From Catajapyx aquilonaris (taxonomy: Eukaryota), in assembly GCA_000934665.2 (NCBI GenBank), contig KZ537986.1, positions 62,001 through 126,000 on the forward strand: a DNA stretch of 64,000 nucleotides. The letters are read 5' to 3'. Positions 28,025 through 42,493 of the stretch are shown in pieces. Under the pieces are notes generated by a model that was not told the origin of the DNA, searched no databases, and worked only from the letters and a program-made list of their open reading frames with translations. The position numbers and the translations under genes were made by a program. The first letter of the stretch is position 1. Every line of letters starts with the position of its first letter.

Positions 28025-31000
28025 CAAACAATCTACGGGTGACTCAAGCATTACGCCACAACTTGCCTTGCCTATTTCTAACCCGGAGTATAGGTCATAA
28101 GGGCTGGTTTCGTAATCATTTGCCCACAATAAATCCAGGGCGAGGAATTCAGGGGGTCCCTTTTGAAATATTTTTTAAGCTCTCCTACTGCTTGGATGGG
28201 ATCAAAATTTGGCCCACTGGTTGATGAGATATGATCTGATTTCTCGAATATTTCTACCTGGAATTCTTCGTAGCCACTTCTGCCTTCGATTGCCTGGCTC
28301 ACTTTCATCTGCATGAACCTTGCACTGTATGACATTTGACAGCATTTCTTGCCCTTTCACATTACCTACACACTTTCATTGCATGAATCCCGAAAGCTGA
28401 GCCCAACACTGCGTCGAATAGAACGTTAGTAACCTCCCACTATGTCTGTATCGATCTGAAAAGGCTTCAGTTTCTGCAATAAAATGTCACAGTTAAAGGG
28501 GCCCAGGGTTCCAGAAAAATGCGATGGAATTCAGCAGCAGAATACACAATGAACTCCAAAAAAATGATCACAAAATCGTCATTTTTCCCCTTCCCTCTGA
28601 ATCGTAAATTAATAATCTCGCAATTTTCAGGTTTTTCTCACAGTCAGTAGCAACTCCTACACGCTGTGCTCGCAGGACCACGTCAGTATCCCAAGTAATA
28701 CCTGCTCACTCTTTAAACACCTAGCCGTGGCGCCGAGGGGTAGCACAAAAGAGCAAAGCAATTCCTACCCCCGTGAATTATTTACCCTCCAATTACACTG
28801 CATGTAATAACTACTTGGTCTCGGTTTCATTATTAATTCTCCGATTCCTTTTAACGATGCCTCCCGAAGGATGCGGAGGACTCGGAAGGGGACGACTGTA
28901 ATAATTCAAAACCTCGGTAATATATTGTGTTTGGCGCCATCGGGGACTCGGGAAAAACGAAGCAAATTCCGTTCAAGAGGGCGGATGGGTGGGTGGCTGG
29001 AGTTTCGGGGGAGGGGGAGGTTAGGCGGGAAGGAATTTATCTGCACGTCCCCCGCAATAGCAGAAAATGAAAAGTTTCGCTTCGATCAAACAAATCTCGT
29101 TCCCGCCCGGCTCTTCAGCTCCTGCTCTGAGAACTTGACTCCCTTGTGTAGCCGGGGACGTCGAATTAAATGCAAACGCCTTCGGAGAGCAGCCGTCTAA
29201 TTGAACGTTTAGCGTATAGGACACTCAATCATGGTGAGGACTTTCGGATGTCTGGTCTAAAATGTATCCTTGGCCCGGAATGGCGTCTTTGAGGAGAAAC
29301 CCTTCCCTCTTCCATCTTCACAGCAGCCTCTGTATCGCTCCATCTTAAGATCCAATCCAGTTTTCAATCAGGATTGCTTAATGCGCACCCTGGAACCAGT
29401 CACTGTGACAATTTAATTCCCAGGCTAGTAACGTGGCAAAATTATAGTAACGGTCAGTCTCTCACTGGAGAATTTTACACAGGGTGGTGCACTACGAAAG
29501 CCAGGAGGGGGCTACGGATTTTAATTTTTCCGCGTACATTATTGGAAAGAGCACTAATTGATGGTAATCATGATACACCCTCATGTTACACGTTCTCTAA
29601 ACTAATTTTAAGCACGCAATATAGCAAGGGCGATGTCTTGTTCGACAGCAGCTACAGAAGCTCCGGCTGGCGAGCATCCTCGTCGATATGGAGCGATGCC
29701 CCCCTCCCTCTCCTTCCCACCTCGGCATGATTGACACTGGTATTCTTCAAGCTGATCCCCGCCGCGAATCAGATCCTATAGGTTCTCCCAACACAGGAAA
29801 ATTCATCAAAACCCTCGTGCACCTGACTCGGGAAGCCCGCCATCCGACCGCTAATAAAGTGGAGCCCGGGTCTCCAAGTCGGACATCCTCCCCACCATTC
29901 ACTGCTGGACACGGCAAAGCAATACTCATGTCCGGGGGGGCCACCGGCCGCACTAATCCCGGGCCCCAGTATGACTTCCTTTTCAGGGGCCTCGACGCCG
30001 GCCACGCTGTCAACACCGCAAGAAAGCCGCCACCGAGCCCCCTATCCCCCTTTTGTCCTCTTCCTTTCCTCGGATCCAGCTTATTCGGGTCCCCAGTTTA
30101 ATTGACAGCCAGGACCGATCTGTCGGAGGAGGGCTGCGAAACGGGAAGCAATGCCTTTCAATTAATCAATATCAGGATGGGGGTGGCTGGGAGGAGAGGG
30201 GGAAAGGGGGGCCTCTCGGCTTCAATAACTGCATTTACTTGCTAGTCTTCCTCCCTAGCCGCGCTTCTCGATCACTGTCGCCCCGAAGAATACGGGAATA
30301 CACTCGGCGCGCCATGAAATCAACTAATGTATTTACGCCAGGATAACAAAACGGCGGCATTTATTTTGTCCAGGTTGAATGCCACCCCAACGCGAGCTCC
30401 AACTCGAGGAGTAGGAAAGGAAAACGAACTGCGACTATATACTCACATTTCGCCTCCTGCCTACCCTCCTGCCTACCCCCCTCCCAAACCACCTCTTCCC
30501 ATCCCCTACATTCAAGATAGATCCCGCCATTGGCTGCAAGATTAAAGGCCCTGGGAAGAAGTCTGAGGAGGCCGTGACAGGTATGCGTCAGGCCCCAAGC
30601 CCCCTTCTCCCTTGAAATGCAGATTAAACTTGGCCCAACTAAATCCTGATGTTGCCGTGACGCGCCTGAGACGGGGGGGTTAGACCCGGCAGACAACGGA
30701 GTTTCGTTAATTAGCCAGCTCCTGGTGAGGAAACATTCCCAGAGTTTGTGTACAGGCCGTTGCCGACCAGAAATGACCATTGAGGAAACATTTACAAACA
30801 CTGTCTCATTAGCCGCTCTCCTCTGATGTGCTTTCCTAGATTATATATAGACTACTTTTTACTCCCTAAAAATGTATTTGCCTAAAGTGCCCAATTAATG
30901 ACACAAGAGCTTCAATAAATAGGCACTTTATCAATTTGCATCAGTGAGAATCAGCATTAAAAAAAATAACTAATGCATGTGATTCTATGATAATAGGACT

Positions 31001-34000
31001 AGATAGTTACACGCTTCCCAGGATTGTAATTACCCGGCATAATAAATACACAGGCACAATGTATTGCGCGATTTCATAATTTTATCCCTGGGGAAGATCT
31101 GTGTTTATAGTCCTTGTTAATTGGTCAATTAAAATCAATTTCACGTCTAAGCAATACCGTAGAAATTTATGCATAAAAAGGCTCGCACATTTGATTTCAT
31201 TATATACTTCTGTGCTGGTACAGTTACACAGTACGAGTTTAAACCCCTCGAGCGAAATATCACCATCACGCCATTTCCCTGGCTATAGAGAGTATCCGGA
31301 GTGCAGTTCTTATGTAGGTGCGTCTAAGCTTCACTTCGTTACGTTAGCTCTTGTTAACACTATGTCATACATCCTAATCGCATGTAACAAAGTGAGATCA
31401 TGTGCACAATGTGATACGAGTTATGGACTCGATCAACATGTATACAATATTCACTGCTCATTAAAGAGAACTTTCGCCAACAAATGGAGAGGCACATAAT
31501 TATACTATCAAAATTACAAATAAACTAATGCAAATACGGGGTAAGTTCGAAACTACAACATTGCCAGCTGATACCCACTGTTGATCTGACCGTTCCCCGT
31601 GTAAACAATTTTTCAACTCCCCTAACAATTTGCATTAAAGAGTGGGAATATTTCCAATTAGCCAGCGACAAGTAGAACGAAAATATTGACCGGAGCAAAA
31701 ACCCCGTCGGACAGCAAGACAACTCGTAATCATTAACCAAACCGGGCATCAGCATCAATCTGGCGGAACGGAGAGCAGGCGTGTTCGATTGTTTAACAAA
31801 CATCACCGCCATCATCACCCATCGGACTAAACTGCGGCCATCTTTCTCCCGTTATCTCCTCCCATCAACATAACATATGTGACGTTATTTAGTGAATAGG
31901 TCTATTTGCTGTATGAACGGTCTCGTAAATAACACAATGCACACGCTTCGCCTGCACGGAGACCTATCAACTGTTGAATGCCTCTCCCCCACCCCCACCT
32001 CACCCCCTTACCCCAGCGTCGACTATGCCTTCGCAATTTTCCGACACTCCAGACCAAATTATTTCCAGCCGACATAAAAACCCTCTTTCACCTCTTAATC
32101 GGGCGGCCCTTTGAATTGTCTCCGAGAACATCTGCTCCGCAACTTTGATACTAAACGTAATGCCATTGTACAATTGGTCACAAAGGGAAGTTCCACCGTC
32201 GACAGGACATAATAAAGTTTCATTTGGAGCTGCTATTAAGGAAATTGGAGACTGTCGAGACGACAGCCTTTTGTGCAGTACAGTAGTCTCACTTTTGTGA
32301 TACCCCGTTTCTCTCTCACTCCCCCATTTTTTTTATTATTGGACGGCCAGGTCCACTCTCTGATGAAAACTTTTGGAATAGTTCTCGCCCCGCGGACAGA
32401 TCGCGATATTCGGGCCTCCCCCCTTTCTCTCTCTCTCTCTCTCTGAAACACAATAACTGCACTGCAGAGATCAAACACTGCACATTTGGTTTGGAAATTC
32501 ATATGTGGAACGTTTCCGAAAAAGAAGATCCCTCCCCCTTCAAATCTCTCCCCCCGCCCTCTCTCCACCACACCCCCTTCACTCCCCTGCCAACACCACT
32601 ACTGTCCCGGGTAAAAAGGGGAGGGGGAGGTTGGCCACGCAATGTAAGCAAAACGTACAAAGGTAAATGAGCTCGAATGTGACTGGAATTTTCCTCCCTC
32701 GTATCTACGTGCATGTGTGTGTGTGCGTTGGAACCCCCGGTGGGTGGCAGAGGGAGGAAAGGCGGGGATGAGAGGGGGAGGGAGGCAGAGAACATGATGT
32801 GACATTCGCATATCCCTCCGGACATCCGACGAATCGAATCCTGTCGCATGCTTCCCCCCCCTCCCCTCCCATCCCTGCCTCTCCCCACCCCCTCACTCCA
32901 CTTCACATCCCCGCCAAATCGAAACGTTCCTTTCTTTTCCGTGCCACATCACTCGGTTACCAATCTCGCGCATTCATTTACCCGGAAGGATGGAGAGTAC
33001 CAAACTGGTCATATCACCCCCGTTTCTGTCAGCGCTCCAGACTTTTAGCAAGCGCCATGGTCGACACAGCACAGAGCAGGTATAGCTATAACATTTCAAT
33101 GTCACGCAACAGACACTTTTCTATGAAAAATAACTGCCAATTTTCTCACTTATTCGATCTACAACAACGGGGCAGAAGCAATAAAGAGTGCAGCTTAAGG
33201 GGGGGATAAAGAGAATTTGGGAGTAAAGTTCTCGCTAACTAACAACAGCAGAACCGACCTTTTTTTTGTGTAAGTGTAACTGACCTCTCTCTTGCACATG
33301 TACACTGTACTTTTTCCATATTCTTAATGCAGTATTATAAAAAGTCATTTGCATTCGGGAGTAATTTACGCAGTCGTAAAATTTTAAGTCATGTCGTAAC
33401 AAGCACCCAAAAATGCGGAAAAATGAGGTGCTCCGGACATACAAAGCCGATTTTTATAATTAGCTATAACCTTTCGGCAAATAATAATTTTGTGAAAATT
33501 TGACTGATTTGAGAACTACTAGAAGTTGGGGGAACCCTAATTTTCACGGTTTTTATTGTGCCTCGAGGGAATGGTCAACCGCAAACGCGTCCTTTCTTTT
33601 GTGTAGAGAGGGTGGGATCCACTGTCTCCTCTTTCGGCCAGAGTTGGAACTCGAAGAAGGTCCTGATTTTCTTTATCCCAGCCTTAATTTATTGCGCTGA
33701 TTCCTGGATGTGGTTTAAACCCAGGTTAAACTCGGGCTAAACATTGTATCCACAATTAAATTTCACAGTCGCCGACCTGTGCTGGCTTGACTTCACTAGA
33801 GCCACGTGCCGCGTTAGGGGACTTGCAGCTATGTAGGTCACATTCCCACCTGCATCTAAAATTCGCATGAATTTTTCAGCGTGAGGTGATTCAGGGGTCT
33901 CCAAGTAACGGTTGGCCCATTATCACACGAATAACTGTCGCTTCTTACATGTTTCATTATCTGGCGTTGCTTGCAAACCAGAAGCAAGACCCTGGCTCCC

Positions 34001-35381
34001 TACGTGGCTGCTAGCAGGCTGCAATATTAAAGCAGTCATTCACTGTCGGTGCAGCCACGCACCAAAATAGGTTGTGAGCTCATGCTAGTCTCACGCTGGT
34101 CGCCAGGGTAAAACTTTCCGCTTCCAACAAGTCCACGCAAGTGATGCGCCTTTCAAATTAAACCAGTTTGAAAGTGTCTCTATACCGCTCGATCGGGTCA
34201 AGTTTCCTCTCAGAAGGAGATTTTGTCGTGTGTGTGGAAACCCTAATATGTGATTAAATCACTTCCAAAGCACACACCACTCAACTGCTAGACAATGTTT
34301 CACTGAGGTGTACCACTATTCGCTAACGCCAAGCTAACCTAGGCTATTATGTACACATACTGCAAAATTGTTGGGTGCACTCACCCTATGGCTATGGGTT
34401 TAGCGAGAAAAAGCGGCGCGCATGTTTACATTAGCCATGATGATGATGATGTAATATGGATTGCCCTTTTTGGCAAAAAATTAATGCCCCGCACGTACGC
34501 GGCAAGAGTTGTAATCCCACGAGCAATTCCTACCACACACCCCATACAACTACACCGGGTGTCTCATAATTAAGCTTACATTCACATACAGTATGAAAAT
34601 TTATCGGGATTCCTGAGCTTTCCTATGTGAATCGGTCAGAAGAAGCAAACTCGCCCTCCACCCCATTACTCCCTTGCTGCTCTCCATTTTCTCCCATTCA
34701 TGGGTCAACAGGACTTGTGTGCGTATGTGACATTTCGGCCTATACGAATGTAAGTTTAACAATGAAACACATGCTAGAAACACCCTCAACACACTAGCAG
34801 CCTCTCGCTACTATTTTTTAAAATGCACCCGAACGTTTGTACGTCACTCGCTATTGGCACAGATTCAATACGGTACAGTACTTGGAATCCACTGTCATGA
34901 CACTCATGATCAACAAGCGGCGCATGAACAGGACGGGATCGCCACAACAACCCGGTATACGCCAGGGTGGCACAAGATCAAAGCATCAAACTTAAACAGA
35001 AATTTACGCGAAACCATTATAAACACTTTGAGCTTCAATCATGCTTATAACCCTTGGCATACCTGGCTCTTCCCCCAAACACCCGACCCGTAAAAAGCTC
35101 GGCAGAGAGGGGCTGCCAGACAGCTTCTCCTTAAATCAAAGAGCAATCGAATCTGTCAGGCACATCACCCCGCTCACCAAAATCAATGGAAGAGACGAGT
35201 CTGAGATGGGGGTTTTGGAAAGGGAGGGGGAGTAGCCGCTGCCAGGAAAGGAATGGGCCCTGTATGGACTACCTGCCATTGACGCATTCTCTCTCTCCAC
35301 CCTTCAGCAGGTTAATCCCTTCGCTTCCGCCTCATTATGTATTCAAGTTTTCGACAGGCTCATCATCGCGGTCGTCTGTCT

Positions 35382-35429
35382 CCTGCCTGCCTGCCTGCCT
35401 GCCTTCCTTCCTTCCTTCCTTCCTTCCTG
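35382..35429. repeat. Compound (CCTG)5(CCTT)6 tetranucleotide microsatellite
   Basis: Read directly from the sequence. Confidence 0.95.
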
Positions 35430-38400
35430 CTTGCCTGGCCCGCCTTTCCTCCCTCCCGAAATGCTCCTTGACTTTGTGTTCCTTCCTTCTCCCCAAGTAA
35501 AGTTTACTCCGGGCTACGAGGGAGGGGTACAAGAACAAAATTGAATGTCGGAAGCATTCTACCGCTTGTTCCGACCGATGCCTTACAGCTAATTCGCAAG
35601 AGTTCTTCTCTGCCTGCCTTCCTCCCAGGCGACGACTTTCCCGCTCCGGCTTTGGAATAATTTACTCCACTTCGATGAGCGGATTCCATTTGGTCTGCCG
35701 CCACTTCGCTCACTTTCAGAGAAACTCTTATGCCTATCTCCCGGGCTCTCCAGGCACTAACGAGACAATCAACAGAAACGAGTTATCAGTTATTTAGACA
35801 CCAATGCGCCCTTTTCATCTCTTTGCCGTTTGTAGGACGCATCCTGACGGGAATTAAAGAAACTTTCAGTTATGTGTTTACAAACCTATAGAGTAAAAAT
35901 AAAAACACCGGGTTATTGCTCTAGTTACGCAATTTTGCTATTCTACTATAATAATCTATTAAAATCGTATTCTGAACTGAAATGTACCGGAATGATGCGA
36001 ACATCGAAAGGAACAACCTGCATCTGTGCTAATTACCAGGTAAGTAGCAGATGAGGGAGCAAGGTGAATGAACTCGGAATACTTGCAAAATTATGGGGGA
36101 GATCAAAAAACAAGACAGACATATAATAAACCAATGAGTTCCGACTCGTTCGGTACACGTTTCATACCCGATTGTTTGAGGCCAATGTGTCTCTAATTAA
36201 GTACGACAATAAATTGGGATTTAAACAGGTCTCCGTCATTGTGTGGTGCTTCGCATTGAATGCGTAATAAAGGACACTGCAGCAGTATTGGCCTCAGTTA
36301 ACTGTCCCGGTTATGTTACAGGGGACCTCTTTCATAAACCATGCTGGTAGAGCCTTTTTCTAGTATATTCACCGCTTTCAAAGCATAAGCAGAGGGGTAG
36401 TAATGCTACCCGGCCAGCATGACAAAAGGCTGAAGAAACGAGCACTATTGCTTCATTTACGAGCCTTTCAGCATCATCCAAAAGAGACATGTCCCGGCGA
36501 GGCCAATGATTCGAACTGCCATAACGTTCCCCTCTCTTTTTGCACCACACTAAACGTTGACTTGTACACATCTCATTTACGTAGCATCAATGGGCCATGC
36601 ATGACAGGGTAGACAGAGCAAAAAGCGCATGTCCGGTACTTTTTTTCCTCCCCATTTCGACGAGAAGAGATTCCTGACGCATCTCTTTTCGACGGACATA
36701 CACGAGCCCCGGATCGCCCCGGATCTCTTTTTCCACTCCCTCCCCCACTCCCCCCAAAAACTCCACCGTTCCCGCCCCGTGCATCCCGAAAGCAAACACA
36801 TTAATAAGCGGCATCGCCCTTGGTTGGCACAAATTGCAAGTTTGCATCCAATTAACAGACTAATATGAAAGCGTGTCTAGTGCTGTTTGCGCCCATGCCA
36901 CAGAAAATACGCACGTATGCATCAGGATCCATCAGCATAAAAGGGGGTTAAAAAAAAAGGAGTGGGAAGAGGGGGAGGGAGTGAGGATATCAACAAAAAA
37001 TATGTACGGGGAGGGATGAAGAGGGGACACTTGTGATTGAATCAGGATGCATAAAGTGCGTGTTATTCGAAGCGTTATAACGGGATAAAAAACTGTCACA
37101 AGCTTCCTGCAAAGTTCTTGATTCAAGAGCACTTTCAGAGTTTCACGGTTAAGTGACTTTAATTTCTACGCCTGTTGTGTGCACATTATGCAAATCGTGA
37201 CGTTATCTTGTGCAACGCCAGCCGTGAAATTACCCAAACTTTTTTGAAACTACACCGATTATTATTATTGCCGCCATGTTTGCACGTAGCGCAAAAAAAG
37301 GAGGACTCGAGGGGCTCAGAACAATCAGTCTGAGGTATGTTCACATCCTTTCCTCGCCTGGTGACATCTGCTCCTGTATGAAACGGTGTCCTTTAGGCTC
37401 CTCTTTGAAGCACGTCCTCGCTGCTCTTTTCCTTTTTCCCCATCCCACCCTACAATTTCATCCCCCCCTCTCCTTCCCCCACCACCCCAATCCCTCTCCC
37501 GAATCCTCCTATCCACCCATCGAAAAACGCCCGCTCCCTCGATTGAAGGGTCCAGGCAATAAAACCAGACGCTTTTGACTTTCCGGGAAAGAAAACACGC
37601 AACAGTCCGGCACTGTTGTACAGCAGGAAGCTTCGGAAATCAATGGCTTGTTTCAACCTCCAAGCTAACCAAAGTTGAAAGGAGGCGGGCGAAGGCACAA
37701 ACTCACGGCCTGCCAGACAAAAGAAAAAAGAGAGGACGAAGGAGGGACAAAACGAAAATGGGAGGCGGAAAAAAAGTTGCGAAAAGCTGTAAACCTGTCA
37801 TAGCGTTAGTGTTGCATGGTTGCACGCTGCGGTTACATTGAAACATAATATTGATTGGCATTCGATTACACATTAAGTGTCACCAAATGCCGAAAATGGA
37901 GCAACGCTTGACGACCTCCCTTTGATGGGTAGTTAACATTGGCGAACGACTTTCGCAAACTTCCTGCAACCAGCAAACATTTGCCCCCATATTCCTATAT
38001 ACTCAGATGTCAACAGTTCAGCTCACCGCACAACGACCATTAAGGATCGATCCGAGTTTGCTTCGTGTCGACCCCTTTCACTTATTGAACCTCTTGCAAA
38101 ATGAATTCCCAAATCATAATAGCGCGTGGTGGGAAATGCTGCTAATTACGTTAAATATTTGTGATTCACCAAATAACAAACAATAATTATGCGATATTTT
38201 GCATCATTAATCTAATCACCTAACCAGGCAGGAGATTGATCACAAAATATACAACGTTTTCATCACAAATTTAATGTGTCGCCATGAAATTGACACGTAG
38301 CCGACGTGTCCGTTAAATATAGGCCCATGAGGACCACACGGAAAACATAAAATACACTGATGTACACTGTGGTTATGATTAATGCTATACACTTATTTAC

Positions 38401-38529
38401 AACCGTACCTGTAAAAGGTCAGCACTGCTGTATATACACACGTAAAAGTCGAGCGAACGTCACGCCCATTTGGCCGCAATACATAGTAAATACCGGTTTA
38501 TTGATACACCCCCTATATTACTGCTAATA

Positions 38530-39025
38530 CAGTTGACTCCGGATATAACAGCCTAGGTTATAACGGACTTTCGGTTATAACCGACTCGAAAGGCAGGTCC
38601 CGGCAAACTTCCATAAGGGCCTGTGTATTTTTACTCCTGATATCATTTTTACCTCACCTCGGCTATAAGTGACAATTTTTTGGCCCCTCGGCGGGAAAAT
38701 ATGCTGTTTTTGGATATTCAACTTCCTTTCCCATGCACAGGAAGGTAGAGAATACTGGAGAGGGATGATTTTCGCATCAACCTCTGAACTAAGCTATACT
38801 CAAAATCATACTTCTTCTTCGGCAGCAAGGGGACGCCAGAAGAAAATTACGGATTGTTAGTTCTGCATAATTCACGGGTGAGCTAATTTTGCATTTTTGT
38901 GGATAGTTCCATTAATGCATGCAGGAGTGTGCATTATAAGCATAATTATGAAAGCAGAAAACTTGTGTATTCGCTGAAAAAGTGGTGATTTGGCTACAAC
39001 AGACCTCGGTTATAAGAGACTTTTT
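38530..39025. mobile_element. Truncated pogo/Tigger-like (Tc1/mariner superfamily) MITE remnant; left end intact, right TIR not found
   Basis: TA (38528-38529) is followed by CAGTTGACTCCGGATATAAC. Repeated GGTTATAAC-type motifs follow at about 38541, 38556 and 38573, then GGTCCC at about 38596, CTCGGCTATAAG at about 38658, and GGCTACAAC / CTCGGTTATAAG at about 38992-39016. TA|CAGT plus repeated CGGTTATAAC is the architecture I recognise from pogo-derived MITEs. Confidence 0.6.
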
Positions 39026-42000
39026 ACGCGATGTGTTTTCTAAAACGCCATGTTGCAAAAAAGTGACGCTTTAAAAATTTATTAATTCCTTGCAAGAAGT
39101 CTTTTCCATATTCACATTATTTTCTTATTACAGTGAAACATTCAGTACTGTAAAATATACCCAAATTTCAGAGGAAACCTGTCCTTTACGAAACTGGAGG
39201 ACGATTAGTAATGTCTGCATCTCATAACACGAAAACGTTTGGGGCGAGGAAAATAATTGTTGTCGGTTTGGAGCTCCTTGGCTACGGGCAGGTTTCACTG
39301 CGTGAGAATAAGGGGTAAGCTGATTCCGTGCCAAAAATACTTTTCCAGCGGTTCATCCTTACGCGGCGGCAACCCAAGCGCCTCTCTTGCTCTGCAGGCA
39401 AGCGTGCACAGCAGGAGCAAAACATGGGGCAACAATTTCCACTTTTTCCCCAGGAATGGCAACTGTGATGGAGTACTTCATCCTAGCCACCTGACAGGGC
39501 AAATGGAGGAGAACAAGCCCGGAGCAACGAGCGTCATCAGAACCAGGGCCGCTTCATGCCAAGCACGCCCTCGTGGCGCTGTCGAAAGAGAGGACCTTCC
39601 TCCTCCTACACCACCACCCACTCACCCACCCATCCACCCACATCCCTTGTGCGCCCACCTCCAAAAGCGTTATTACATTCCCGTCATGAAAACAAGCTCC
39701 TAAAAACACTGGCTGAAGCCTCATTAAATTGGTCATGCATGCACAACACAGAGCAAAACCAACAAGATGGGGAATCGGGAATTGAGATGCAGGCCATCGC
39801 TCGCAAGCCGTGTGTTGTCAAGGGGGTTTCAGGGGGAGCGCTTTTCCACGCACTTGTATTCATTCAAAATGGGACCGCGGCGGCGGAGGCAGGGAGGAAA
39901 AATGGCCAGCTGATTACTGGCCCCAGCACTGTCTCTGACGTTTCCAGGCCGTTTCCGCCCTGCGGTCTGGATGCTTTTCAACAAGCCTTGTACCCCATAA
40001 ACTTTCGCGTGTCCACCAGGCTCGTCTCTGTCCACCAATGCATCCGACATTAGGCCCCCGCGCTTATTAATCTCTCCCGGACCCCTTGGAAAATTCACGA
40101 CCTACTGGACATTTTCCGATACACAACAGTTGCTTCTCCCTGTAACGGCCATGTCTGGCGATAGGAAAAAATGGAAGCTCGATTTGTCAGTTGAGGCCAT
40201 GGAAACTCTAAGCAACAACTTTACTTCTCGACAGAAAAGCACGGGGACATCCTCCCCACAGCTCCCCCCACCCCTCTCCTCTTATACTTTTTTGCCCAGC
40301 GGCGTCCTATCTTTCCCCGTCAGACTGGCCTAGAAAAGCTCCTCCGGGCGTCAAAGCAATGAAGCAGCGGGGACGAGCAGGGCCGGAGAAATGAAGGAGA
40401 AAATGAGCCGTGATGAAAATGACAAATAATGGGATAATAATGTGCCTTATTGCCGTGCTGATGTGGCACCCGATTCGTTTATTCCTTAGGAAATGACCTT
40501 TTGCTGCAACCCCTTCTATTTTGTTTTCTTTCTTCCCTTACTACCTCCTTGGGCCGGCTCTCTCGTCTCATGATTTCTGTGATTCATGTCAACCAGGCGA
40601 AAGTGCCCCCCTTCCACATGCATGACGCTCGCAGCATAAACTGACTGTAAACATGGCGGTAACGACCGATATATCTTCCCTGTGAATCGCACCACCTCTT
40701 TTCTCACGGAGCACTATAAAAAGACGACGCGGGCATTACCTCGTAAAGCATCCCGTATCAAATCATGAAGCCAGCTGTTATTCCATGTGAAATTCCCATG
40801 TCATAAAAAAGAGTCCAGTACCAATAAGAATGCCGACTGTCAATTGTTTTCGCGGCCTTTTCTCCCACTTTTTATCGCTTTTCTTGTACTACGCCGCGCA
40901 ATCACTGCGTATCTGTTTTCCATTCTCCATGATATTATGTACCTCCCCCGGCATTATTGGCCACATCAGAAGCCATCTAACTGTGCGAAAGCTTGCCGTA
41001 TAAGGAGATGATGGAGAGTGCGTATAAACTCGCGCCAACAATTCCGGAAGCTTAATGAAGCTTAATGTTAACTGCAGGCTAATCAGGGGGACGCTAAATT
41101 TCTCCCACTGTACTGCACCCTCACCCAAACTCCATTATGAATAATGAAGTTTCTTTAGAGGCAAGGCAAGTTCAAGGAAAGTTCCAGCCTACTGTGGTAC
41201 GAAACTTTGAGAACCACGCTTTGCGACTTTTAGGTCGACGAAGTATGTCTTTCACGAGGCACCTACAACTATTACTTGCACTTCTCTGCATGCTTGGTTT
41301 TTTTTTGCCCCCTTGCCGCTCTGAGTCTTCTAGTCAAACTTACAAAGAGTTTTAAATGGCTGCAGGTCAAAAAATTTCGTATCATCTCTAGCAAGGAAAA
41401 AACACTTCAAAGAGTCAGAAAATAACAATTAAATGCAGAATTTGAATAATACTGCACTAAACTAAGAAACAGTATGTTGTTAAAACTAACACGTCTAATG
41501 AGGCGGAATGCAGTTTATTCACTGTATGCGAGTCCTGTCTGGATTTAAGATAAATCTTGTCGGCAACACCCCAGTGTAGCTGATCCCCATTGAACACTTT
41601 AAAAGAGCGTGCCTTCAATATTTCTACACCTGCAAGTGCACTGATAATACAAACTTACTGCTGGTGCAACTAGGCTGAAGTACCGAAACGGTAATTAAGA
41701 AGAACCGTGAGACACATTCTCATGTCTGGAGCATTACAGTAACCTAGACATATAAGTTTATACCTACCAAGAAATGTGATATATTTTCTACCTAATTCAT
41801 TGCACAAACCAGCACATAGCCTCCAGCCCGCCTGCCCAATATAAAAATGGCATCCTCCAACGCTGTGCACTTAGTTGTTGGAAGTCATTCCTCCTTTATT
41901 CAACAAGAGGCTACAGATAATTCGGGATGACCTTGTTCCGAACCGTCCATATGTTAGTTCATAAAATAGGAACAATCGTTTCTTTTAGGTAGAAATCCTG

Positions 42001-42484
42001 GAGCAGATGTGCAGATCGAATTCAGCTTCTGCTGCCAACCACTACCCATCCATAATAATGTCTGCTTTAATGGGCAGTAAGGCAAGGGAGGTAAAACAGC
42101 CCTCCTCCCCCGTAATTTTCCACGCCAATGTTGCTCTCTTAATTGCTTTTATACAAGGCTCAAATTTATTAGCCTGCGTTTCTATCCCCCACTTTTGCGG
42201 CATAAATCAATTAGTTGAATTTCAACTCATTTCCCTGCATTAGTTTTTCTTCGTTTGTCTCCATTCCCCACCTATAACTTTGAAATATTGGTCCCGGCGA
42301 AATTAAGTTCGGATGAAAGAGAGCACCGTCCCATCTTGCGGTTCTTGAATGCCACGGTATTAATCTCGCCTCCACCGGGGGGAAACACGCGATTCAAACG
42401 GTCTCAAAACGACCAAGTTTGTGCGGCCGCAAAGATTGCGCAGCCAAATGGTGCGGTTGACAGAATGCGAAAACGAAAAGGCCT

Positions 42485-42493
42485 CCTTACCTT
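42485..42493 (-). promoter_or_regulatory. 5' splice donor AAG|GTAAGG of the TIA1/TIAR exon
   Basis: Plus strand ccttac|ctt. It is a near-consensus U1 site located at the end of the protein similarity (...LGK). Confidence 0.9.

Larger units (their letters stand above)
1..42490 (-). other. Long intron of the TIA1/TIAR-family gene downstream of the RRM1 exon (continues beyond the window start)
   Basis: It begins at the GTAAGG donor. The expected next exon (E[MIV]KVNWAT...) was not found by eye or in the ORF track. A very short or divergent exon could have been missed. Confidence 0.7.

Noticed and set aside
28250..28320. cag|ATG AAA GTG AGC CAG (MKVSQA) as the next TIAR exon (EMKVNWAT)
   Set aside because: The invariant NWAT is missing and the downstream sequence is unrelated.
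36030..36046. Plus-strand CAG|GTAAGT (also CAG|GTGAGT near 47186 and CAG|GTGAGA at 42616 and 42747) as evidence of an antisense gene
   Set aside because: No associated coding exon is recognisable. The 42.6-42.7 kb copies are better explained as minus-strand branchpoints.
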